From IMG/VR virus record IMGVR_UViG_3300027386_000002, positions 1-39,409 of that record: a stretch of DNA of 39,409 bases. One strand, given 5' to 3'. The position numbers and the translations under genes are program-made. Below, piece by piece: positions 1 to 6,674 of this stretch (positions within the stretch are counted from its first letter, which is position 1; the number at the start of each line of letters is the position of its first letter). Source of the stretch: a virus. Under the pieces are notes generated by a model. That model saw nothing but the letters and a program-made list of their open reading frames with translations, had not been told where the DNA came from and did not search any database.

Positions 1-99
1 CTAACCAGCGGCGTGGATACGTGGATAGTGATGTGGATAAGCGGCGCTATTATGCCCGACTCGACGGGGGCTTGTTCCATATCCCTCGACAGCAATAGT
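1..99. repeat. Terminal 99-bp overlap identical to 39311-39409; circular or terminally redundant genome with a true unit of about 39310 bp
   Basis: The first 99 nt (ctaaccagcggcgtggatacg...cagcaatagt) recur exactly at the window end. An exact fixed-length overlap is typical of a circularised assembly. Confidence 0.9.
13..40 (+). repeat. Three direct GTGGATA heptamers upstream of conserved element copy A
   Basis: gtggatac at 13-20, gtggatag at 21-28 and gtggataa at 33-40. A related pair (gtggatgg, gtggataa) precedes copy C at 23340-23365. Confidence 0.7.
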
Positions 100-138
100 C
101 CCGTACGGGGCGGAGTAAGGGGCCTGTAATCCAGACCT
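55..138 (+). repeat. Conserved approximately 83-nt element, copy A (CCCGACTCGACGGGGGC-N14-TCGACAGCAATAGTCCCGTACGGNGCGGAGTAAGGGGCCT-N1-2-AATCCAGACCT)
   Basis: By manual alignment it is near-identical to 10457-10539 and 23379-23461. All three copies lie on the plus strand. Variation is confined to a 14-nt internal segment. Confidence 0.85.
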
Positions 139-170
139 ACCAGAGAGCTTGTGGTGAAGGGGCTTGGAGA

Positions 171-256
171 ATCGGCGCTACTGGGAGCGTATTGGGGGCG
201 TCCCTGTGAGATCGGCGCATAGGCCTTGTTGCTGGGCCTATTGGCCAGATCGGCGC
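171..256 (+). repeat. Three direct ATCGGCGC octamers spaced 40 and 38 bp apart
   Basis: atcggcgc occurs at 171-178, 211-218 and 249-256. Two of the three are preceded by G, which creates GATC. Confidence 0.7.
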
Positions 257-287
257 TTAGAATGGCGTACAGCGGCTCGTATCAAGA

Positions 288-791
288 GGCTGCGCTGCCG
301 GTTGTTTTGGCCCGTACGGGCTTATCGGTGATGCTGGCTCGCCGTCCTGCCCGCCCTTCCTAGTCTTGTGCCCCCTTCCCCTGCTGCCTCTTCGTCCGGC
401 GAAGGAAGAGAGCCTAAGCGGCTGTGCTGGTCGCTTTGTCTTGGTCGTGGCTGGTAGGGTAGTGGACTGGGGCCCGGTCTCCTGCGCTCCGCCTTGGCCT
501 TAGCGCCCGTCGTCTGTTGCCTTGGCCTTGTCCTACCTCCGTTGCGCCTATATCCCGTCGCGGCTCGGGTGGTGCGCCCCTTGCCGCTGACGGCCTAGTA
601 GGCCCTACGGGCTGTACGGGGGTAGGGGGCGGCACTCTAACGGTGTGAGCTTAGCGGGCCGCGCTCCCCTTTCCCGTTTCCCCCCAGCGCCGCCCTCGTG
701 CGTCGGAACGGGGCCGCTGGCCTCCCCGGCCCTCCTTCCCCCCATCGCCGCCCGGCATTGCTGCGTTCTCATCGGGCCGATGGGCAATGAG
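288..791 (+). repeat. Macro-repeat unit 1 (about 504 bp) of the A-depleted array
   Basis: It starts ggctgcgctgccggttgttttggcccgtacgggcttatcggtgatgctggctcgcc. The segment 437-640 aligns to 941-1144 with only 13 substitutions. Confidence 0.8.
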
Positions 792-1191
792 GGCTGCGCT
801 GACGGTTGTTTTGGCCCGTACGGGCTTGTCGGTGATGCTGGCTCGCCGTCCTGCCCACCCTTCCTAGTCTTGTGCCCCCGGCCCCTTCGGTCGTGGTGGT
901 GGTGGCGATGGCGGCTTGGAGCCGTGGCGACTTTGTTCTTTGTCTTGGTCGTGGCTGGTAGGGTAGTGGACTGCGGCCCGGTCTCCTACGCTCCGCCTTG
1001 GCCTTAGCGCCCGTCGTGTGTTGCCTTGGCGTTGTCCTACCTCCGTTGCGCCTATATCCCGTCGCGGCTCGGGTGGTGCGGCCCTTGCCGCTGACGGGCT
1101 GGTCGGCCCTACGGGCTGTACGGGGGCGAGGGGCGGCGCTCCAACGGCGGGAATCGTCGTAATTGGCTGGGTGGGCTGCGGCGTCGAGACA
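792..1191 (+). repeat. Macro-repeat unit 2 (about 400 bp)
   Basis: It has the same start motif (ggctgcgctgacggttgttttggcccgtacgggcttgtcggtgatgctggctcgcc) and the same internal order as unit 1. Confidence 0.8.
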
Positions 1192-1470
1192 GGCTGCGCC
1201 AACGGTCCTCTTGGCCCTACGGGCTTGGCGGTGGTGCTGGCTCGCCTTTCTGCCCACCCTTCCTAGTCTTGTGCCCCCGACCCCTTCTGTCGTGGTGGTG
1301 GTGATGGTGGGAGCATGGGAGCACAGTGGCTTTGTTCTCTGTCTTGGTCGTGGCGGGTAGGCCAGTGGCTTGGGGCCCGGTCTCCTGCGCTCCGCCTTAG
1401 CCGCTCGGCCCGTCGTGTGATGGCTGGGGCCTTGGCCTTGTGTAGTGCGCGGTGGCCTCCTTAGCGGGCG
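1192..1470 (+). repeat. Macro-repeat unit 3 (partial, more diverged)
   Basis: It starts ggctgcgccaacggtcctcttggccctacgggcttggcggtggtgctggctcgcc. It continues with the ccttcctagtcttgtgccccc and gtcttggtcgtggc blocks seen in units 1 and 2. Confidence 0.7.
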
Positions 1471-1720
1471 GCTGACGGTTCGGTATGATAGCGGTTGTTT
1501 TGGCCGCCTTGTCCGGGGGGTAGTCTCTTGGGCGCTCGTCGTAGTTGGCTGGGTGGACTCAGACGCCGCTGCGGCAGCGCTTCGCGGGCCTTCGCTGGGG
1601 CAATCGTAGTAGTTGGCTGGGTGGACTCAGGCGCCGCTGCGGCAGCGCTTCGCGGGCCTTCGCTGGGGGCGGCTGACGCGTCGGTATGATAGCGGTTCTC
1701 TTGGCCGCCCTGTCCGGGGG
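1469..1720 (+). repeat. Pair of 52-nt direct repeats about 200 bp apart (cggctgacgNNtcggtatgatagcggttNtNttggccgccNtgtccggggg)
   Basis: 1469-1520 and 1669-1720 differ at only a few positions. Confidence 0.75.
1536..1669 (+). repeat. Tandem duplication of a 68-nt unit, two copies
   Basis: The unit tcgtNgtagttggctgggtggactcagNcgccgctgcggcagcgcttcgcgggccttcgctgggg occurs back to back. A third partial copy lies at 1151-1190. Confidence 0.8.
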
Positions 1721-2501
1721 CTGTCGCCCACCCAACTGCGCTGCTCCCCCATCCCCCCGGGTACCTCCCCGTCCGCTGCTCGCCCCCCCCCGTGCTCTTC
1801 TGATGGGCCGTGTGCTCACCAGCGATGTGACGGGAGCGTACGCGATACTGGCTTGGATGTTGTTCGCGGGGGTCTGCGCGTCGTGTGCTTGTCCGGTGTG
1901 TGCCGTCTGCCCTGTCTCGGTATCGTCAGCTCATCGTCGCTGGTTTCCCGCGTCATTCTGTAGCGGCTCTGCTGCGTCGGTTGACGGGCCGTGTGCGTCC
2001 CAGCCCGCCCCGTGCGCTGTTCGGCCTTCGCTCGCTCCCCCGCTCGGCCTGTCCTTCCTCTCCGCACCGAAGGGCGGCACTGTTCGATCTGCGGTCACGG
2101 TGGGGTCGTGGCGGCCTCTCGTTCGTTGTTTTGCGCTGTGTCCGTCTGCGTCGGCGTCGGGCTGTTGTTGTGCATGCCTAACGGTGGTCGCCTCCTCTCC
2201 TTACGGTGATGGCTGCGTTGGCCGCCCGCTCCTGAGTTGCCAGCTTGAGGCCCCGTCTTGGTCGCTGGGTCCGTCTCTGCCCCCCCCCGTCCCCTCGCGT
2301 TCGGCCTCCTGCGATTGTGTGGGTTTTGCTTTGCCGAGCGTTCCTGTCCGTTTCTCGGGGGGGCCACCCCCCCAGTCCGCTGCTCCCCCTTCCCTTCCCC
2401 TCCTCCCCGTCCGCTGCTCCCCCCACCCCGATGGGGCTTCTTTTGCCGCTGCGCCGACGTGTGATGTGTGCCCTACGGGCTTAGCGGTAATGCTGGCTCG
2501 C

Positions 2502-2575
2502 GGGAGGGCTTCAGCGGCTCGCGCCATCGGTGCAGTTGCAAGGAGAGTCGGCGGTGATGTGGCGCTGCGCTGATG
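2502..2575 (+). repeat. Left copy of an approximately 75-nt direct repeat bracketing the AT-rich block
   Basis: gggagggcttcagcggctcgcgccatcggtgcagttgcaaggagagtcggcggtgatgtggcgctgcgctgatgg aligns with 2814-2888. Confidence 0.7.
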
Positions 2576-3059
2576 GAAAATGCTTACACGCTCCTCCAAT
2601 TTCCAATTTTCACATCATTTGCCTCGAAATCGGGGCTGAGCGTCGTGAAATCTTGACGGAGAGCCTTGTTTTCGCGACGGAGAGCCTTGAAAACCGTTCA
2701 AATTTGACGAGAAATCGCGTCAAAAAAAATTTCTGTCGGAATTTTTGGAGAGACGAGAAATCAACGCAGATTTGCCATGATCGCGTCAAAAAAATTTCTC
2801 ATAGTAAAGTTTTGGAGAGGGCTTCAGCGGCTCGTGCCATCGGTGATTTTGCAAAGAATGTCAACGGTAGCGTGGCACTGCGCTCAGGCGAGAAACAGAC
2901 GCGGCGCAGCGGGAAACTAAAACGGGAGCACGGGATTTAAAGAGAGGGAGCACGCGGGAGCATGGCGGAGCGGAGCATTGCTGAAATCGGGTCAGAAAAA
3001 AATTTATCGGAAGTGAAGCCCTAAACGCGTCCCGTCGTCGTCGCCACCAACCCGAACCA
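2576..3059. promoter_or_regulatory. AT-rich non-coding block with iteron-like repeats; candidate replication origin or regulatory region
   Basis: gaaatcgNgtcaNaaaaaaatttNt occurs 3 times (about 2714-2734, 2780-2800, 2988-3008), ttttggagag twice and gacggagagccttg twice. Composition drops sharply in GC relative to both flanks. Confidence 0.35.
2814..2888 (+). repeat. Right copy of the approximately 75-nt direct repeat
   Basis: ggagagggcttcagcggctcgtgccatcggtgattttgcaaagaatgtcaacggtagcgtggcactgcgctcagg is roughly three-quarters identical to 2502-2575. Confidence 0.7.
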
Positions 3060-3088
3060 ATTATACTTGACAGTCTCCATCAAGTCAA
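3060..3088 (-). promoter_or_regulatory. Near-consensus sigma70-type promoter (TTGACT-17 nt-TATAAT) firing toward lower coordinates into the non-coding region
   Basis: The minus strand reads tgccTTGACTtgatggagactgtcaagTATAATtgg. The -35 box is at 3088-3083 and the -10 box at 3065-3060. No ORF of 60 aa or more lies downstream on the minus strand. Confidence 0.6.
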
Positions 3089-3156
3089 GGCATCACGCAT
3101 GGCGTCAACCGTCGCATCTGTTGCCGTGGTATCCCTTGCCTTGTCGGCCTTCTCGG

Positions 3157-3909
3157 TTACACCACCAGCGTTTCTCGTATCGTCAGGGACGCATTAATCA
3201 GCTTGGAGAACCTCTCTTCGGCAATATTGAGTCCCCCTCCTCCTTCCTGTCCTCCCCCCAGTTGCCCATAGATCCACACATCGTCATCATTGACCATCAC
3301 CGTCCCATATTCGCCTGCTTCGAGCACCACCGTTTCAATCTCATCGCGCTGTCCATCCCTGAGCTTCTCCCACTGTATCTGCATCGTTCTCCAGACCCCG
3401 ATGGCGGCGGCTCCATCCTGCAGCCCTTCCCTTGTCGGCGCGAAGCCCAGCAGCGAGTTAAACACATTGACGCGTGCCGGTTGTGCGTTCAGCTCCACCA
3501 GCCTCCCCGTCACCACTCGGGCGCACTCCAGCCGTCCCCCCTCATCCGTTTGCGGGAACGCGATACGCACCTCATCGACAGCGCTCCTCGTCCGGACCGT
3601 AGCCACAAAGACGCGCCTTGAGTCATCGACCGTCAGGATGAGCGTTTCGATGATCCTGTTATTGTTGAGCAGCATCACCGTCGCGTCTCCCAGCAGGTTA
3701 CAGCCCACGATCCCGACGAAGTCGATCACGTTTCGCCCTCTCTTCAGCATCGTGGCCGTATAGACTCGTTGTTCATCGGCGTGCCGTGTGATCATCTTCC
3801 TTCTGAGGCTTGGCGTGGCCAGATTATCGGCCAGGCTGCCCGTAGCCAGCTCATTAGGCGTCAGCGTCACCCTTTGGAATGGGAAGACCGTACCAAAGGC
3901 CAGTGCCAT
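3157..3909 (-). CDS. Virion/tail structural protein (250 aa), paralog of the 37486-38256 product
   Basis: The track ORF starts at TTG 3927, whereas ATG 3909 has GGAG 8 nt upstream. The blocks MALAFGTVFPF, LRRKMIT, IDFVGIV, RLECARVVTGRLV and W..L...QRDEI align with MAISLATSFPF, LRRRLIT, INFVSII, RLETALIIAGELV and W..L...ERDEL of the paralog. Confidence 0.75.
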   Translation of the reverse strand: MALAFGTVFPFQRVTLTPNELATGSLADNLATPSLRRKMITRHADEQRVYTATMLKRGRNVIDFVGIVGCNLLGDATVMLLNNNRIIETLILTVDDSRRVFVATVRTRSAVDEVRIAFPQTDEGGRLECARVVTGRLVELNAQPARVNVFNSLLGFAPTREGLQDGAAAIGVWRTMQIQWEKLRDGQRDEIETVVLEAGEYGTVMVNDDDVWIYGQLGGGQEGGGGLNIAEERFSKLINASLTIRETLVV

Positions 3910-3925
3910 GTCATCATCTCCATAC

Positions 3926-3996
3926 AAAAAGGCCGCGCAACCATCTTCCTCTGACGTCTCTCCCCAGACACCATCGAGATAGAATTGCGCGGCCTT
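3926..3996 (-). terminator. Hairpin plus T5 run downstream of the capsid gene; possible attenuator or terminator
   Basis: The minus strand carries TTGCGCGGCC paired with GGCCGCGCAA (10 bp), followed by TTTTTG. The loop is long at about 44 nt. Confidence 0.4.
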
Positions 3997-4020
3997 GTAT
4001 CTTATCGAGCCGGAGCGTTA

Positions 4021-4971
4021 TCAGCTAACAGCGGCGGTGAACAGGAATCCCGCGTTCTGTTCGGTCACGTTGTGGTCGTAGTCCAGCCCCACATAGACCG
4101 CATCCGCTTCTGGGTTCTCGACCTTGTACTGGCGCACATAGCGATTACGCTGGTATTCGAAGGAGCGCCCGAACCCTATCTGCAGTGCTTGGTTCATCGC
4201 GGCGTTAGACATGCCCGCTTCTCTCCGGAAGACCAGGCAGTTATCCTGCCAGATCAGCTCGTTATCGGCGTCCGCGCCCTCGTTTGCTTCATCGAAGACC
4301 ATATCACCGACGAAGACGTTCTCGGGCGACAGCCACGTGAACAGCCCGGCGAACTGCTCGGTCGTCAGGTCCCCTTCTCGCACGTACTGGAAGCGGTTGA
4401 CGATCTTTGGGTTGCTCACCAGCGCCGTCCAGACGTTGCCGGCTAGAAGCACGGCGTTGGCCCTCATGCCGCACCCGATGAGCACCTGGAGTGCCGCGTC
4501 GTTGAGGTCGCTGATGGGGTCTCCGTTGTCGGCGTCCCACTTATTAGCCGGCACAGAGGTATAGTTAGCGTTGAACGCGCCAGCCGCAAAGCACTTATCG
4601 CGCGCATCGACCTCAGCCGAGATCATCAGTTGCCCCGTCATGGTCATGGTCATCGCTTCGGACGGGTCGAGCACCTCATCCATATCGAACATGGCGTGGT
4701 TGACATCGATCAGGTCATAGAGGCTGTGGTGGTCGAGGCTGTAGGGGTGGGGCTCCGGCACCCAGTGGCTGCGTTCGGCCGGCTCGAGGTAGGCCCTGGG
4801 GCCGGTATTGACGTGGCGCAGGTTCTCGGGCCGCATGATGTACACGCTGCTCTTTTTCTTCGTCACGTACTTGACGGGGAAGGGTCCGTTACGCACGGAC
4901 ATCGGGTTGTTGTAGGCCAGCGACAGATCGCTCAGTGGCCTACTTACATAGGTCGTGCCTTCGGCTGGCAT
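4021..4971 (-). CDS. Major capsid protein (316 aa), lambda gpE-like / HK97 fold
   Basis: AGGAG lies 8 nt upstream of the ATG. The gene follows the protease, scaffold and decoration genes. Its size and sequence character resemble the Phage_cap_E family, but homology could not be searched. Confidence 0.75.
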   Translation of the reverse strand: MPAEGTTYVSRPLSDLSLAYNNPMSVRNGPFPVKYVTKKKSSVYIMRPENLRHVNTGPRAYLEPAERSHWVPEPHPYSLDHHSLYDLIDVNHAMFDMDEVLDPSEAMTMTMTGQLMISAEVDARDKCFAAGAFNANYTSVPANKWDADNGDPISDLNDAALQVLIGCGMRANAVLLAGNVWTALVSNPKIVNRFQYVREGDLTTEQFAGLFTWLSPENVFVGDMVFDEANEGADADNELIWQDNCLVFRREAGMSNAAMNQALQIGFGRSFEYQRNRYVRQYKVENPEADAVYVGLDYDHNVTEQNAGFLFTAAVS

Positions 4972-4993
4972 AGTCTATTCTCCTATATGGCCG

Positions 4994-5368
4994 CTATCGT
5001 TCGAGGGTAAGGATCTGCGCTACTTCGCCGTTGGCCGCGCCACCGATGCACCTACCGATGCTGTTGGCGGTGGCCGCCGCGCCGTCGGATACGACCTTAG
5101 CGGCGTTGTTGGCGCGGACGAAGTGACCGTCCGCGATGGCCCCGGCCGCGGCCACGCGCACCGTCTGCGAGTGTCTCCAGTCGGCAATCGGCACCACATC
5201 ACCCGCGGCCCGGGGCGCCTCGTAGAAGACACCGTCGGGCTTGGCGTTGTTGCCCGTGGCGATCATGCGGCGGTTGGCCGAGATGTTGCAGAGGGTGAAG
5301 GCCTCAGCGGCGGCGGCAGCGCCCCCGGAGGCATAGCTGACATATACAACTCCAGAATCAAGGGCCAT
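4994..5368 (-). CDS. Head decoration / cement protein (124 aa), DUF2190-like
   Basis: It is a small Ala/Gly-rich protein encoded immediately upstream of the capsid gene. GAGGGG precedes the ATG. Confidence 0.55.
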   Translation of the reverse strand: MALDSGVVYVSYASGGAAAAAEAFTLCNISANRRMIATGNNAKPDGVFYEAPRAAGDVVPIADWRHSQTVRVAAAGAIADGHFVRANNAAKVVSDGAAATANSIGRCIGGAANGEVAQILTLER

Positions 5369-5371
5369 GGG

Positions 5372-5899
5372 TTAGGTTCCCCTCTGCCAGTCGGCCACAC
5401 CGATCTCTTCGGCCTCGTAGGCTTTGCGCTCGTCGTCTTTGAGTTCGGCGACGGCTTGGTTGTAGGCGTCCACGCGGTTGAGGGTCGGGTCTTCCTTGAC
5501 CAGCACGGCCACGCGTTCGCCGATCTTACCGCTGACGGATTCCGCGTCTTGGCTATCATCGTTGCCTTCTCTTTGCGATCCGTTCGTTTTCTGCGCGACC
5601 AGGCCGTCCGGCAACAGGCACCAGCTATCGTCGTTTTGGTCGGCCAGCTGTTTGCGTGCCTGGGCGCTGTCGGCTTTCTCGATCCGATCCATGATGGCAT
5701 CGAGCGAGGCCACCGGCACCGCGCCGCGCTCGGCGTGCTTGCTGAGCCTCTCGCGCGCTTGCACCAAAGCGGCCTCATGCTCGGCCTTATCGTTGGCCTG
5801 ACGCGACTCCACCAAGGCGGCAATGACGGCATCCACGGACACCTCTTCCGGAGCGATGCCGAGCATTTCGGCTACTTGCTTCCTCTGTTCTTCGTTCAT
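5372..5899 (-). CDS. Probable scaffolding protein (175 aa)
   Basis: It is acidic and looks helical, and it lies between the prohead protease and decoration genes. The call is positional. Confidence 0.5.
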   Translation of the reverse strand: MNEEQRKQVAEMLGIAPEEVSVDAVIAALVESRQANDKAEHEAALVQARERLSKHAERGAVPVASLDAIMDRIEKADSAQARKQLADQNDDSWCLLPDGLVAQKTNGSQREGNDDSQDAESVSGKIGERVAVLVKEDPTLNRVDAYNQAVAELKDDERKAYEAEEIGVADWQRGT

Positions 5900-5972
5900 G
5901 GTTTCCCCTTTGTTGGTGGGAAAGGGTTTACGGTAAAGATAGTTTCAATCCACGCCAACGCAAGCGAGGCGA

Positions 5973-6674
5973 CTAGGGTCTGAAAATAGAATCGGCAAAT
6001 CCCTTGTCAACAGCCATGCTGGCGGACATGTAGGTCTCTGCGGTCATCATGCGGCGGCACTGCAACACCGACAGGCCGGTCGACTCGGCATAGATGGAGG
6101 CCATCATGGCGTTCTTCTCCACGACGTATTCGGCCAGCGCGGTCGCTTTCTGGGCCACTTTCTTCAGGCCGTTCTCGTCGTAGTAGCCGTACGCATCAAG
6201 CGGGTATCGCACCTCGTGGATCATCATGGATCCCATGTCCGCAATCTGCCTTTGGTCGGCCAACTGCGTCAACAGGGTCGATCCGCTGGCGTCCATACCC
6301 TCCACCAGCGCATTGATCCTGCCGCCCTCCTGCTGATACATCTGCAGGCGCAGCCGGCAGCGTGCCGCCTCATCTATCTGGCCACCCGGCGAGTTGATAC
6401 GCAGCATCAGCTCGTTACCCGTGACACGGGCCATCTGCTCCTCGAACACGCCGTAGGTCATGTAGTTCGACTCACCGTAATAGCGCATCATATCGCCCAC
6501 CCTCTCGGAGACGAACGGGCCATAGATGAAGATGGTGTTCTCGGCGTACTCCCTTGGCCTAAAAGGCATGGGCCGGTCTTCGTCCCTCTCTTCGGACATC
6601 TCGGCCACGGCGCCCTTGTAGCAGGCGGCCCACAGCGCGGCGACTGGGTCTTTATTCTTCGGTTGGTTCGTCAT
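5973..6674 (-). CDS. ClpP/S49-like prohead maturation protease (233 aa)
   Basis: It carries the motifs INSPGG, GMDASGSTLL (serine nucleophile context) and MMIHEV (histidine). It overlaps the end of the portal gene. Confidence 0.8.
   Translation of the reverse strand: MTNQPKNKDPVAALWAACYKGAVAEMSEERDEDRPMPFRPREYAENTIFIYGPFVSERVGDMMRYYGESNYMTYGVFEEQMARVTGNELMLRINSPGGQIDEAARCRLRLQMYQQEGGRINALVEGMDASGSTLLTQLADQRQIADMGSMMIHEVRYPLDAYGYYDENGLKKVAQKATALAEYVVEKNAMMASIYAESTGLSVLQCRRMMTAETYMSASMAVDKGFADSIFRP

Larger units (their letters stand above)
139..2575. other. Non-coding, GC-rich, A-depleted (plus strand) repetitive region
   Basis: I count 0-9 A per 60 nt on the plus strand, against about 12 per 60 in coding regions. 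The ORFs here overlap in all frames, are Pro/Arg/Ala/Cys-rich and lack RBSs. Substitutions between repeat units show no 3-nt periodicity. Confidence 0.8.

Noticed and set aside
55-138. The conserved element as a tRNA, a small self-cleaving ribozyme (hammerhead, twister, pistol, HDV-like) or a standard promoter
   Set aside because: It has no CUGAUGA/GAAA cores or other signature motifs and no cloverleaf. No -35/-10 or -24/-12 pair with correct spacing is conserved in all three copies.
288-1720. Possible CRISPR array or other short repeat-spacer structure
   Set aside because: The repeat units are 68-504 bp long and contiguous. There is no 25-40 bp repeat alternating with unique spacers, and there are no cas genes.
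2075-2100. A tRNA-like T-loop (GTTCGATC)
   Set aside because: The flanking sequence cannot form a T-stem or a cloverleaf. I saw no tRNA anywhere in the window.
414-2599. More than 25 track ORFs (up to 295 aa) on both strands and in all frames across the GC-rich region
   Set aside because: They overlap one another and are Pro/Arg/Ala/Cys/Ser-rich. None has a Shine-Dalgarno site. Substitutions between repeat units show no codon periodicity. Open frames are expected where one strand lacks A and the other lacks T.
2530-2940. A 136-aa plus-strand ORF across the AT-rich block
   Set aside because: It merely translates the iteron-like DNA repeats (NRVKKNF / DRVKKIS). It has no RBS and starts inside the non-coding repeat.
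4955-5983. A 342-aa plus-strand ORF antisense to the decoration and scaffold genes; likewise 8654-9463 (minus) antisense to the terminase gene
   Set aside because: These are shadow ORFs with Gly/Arg/Val-rich composition. The opposite-strand genes carry recognisable motifs and RBSs.
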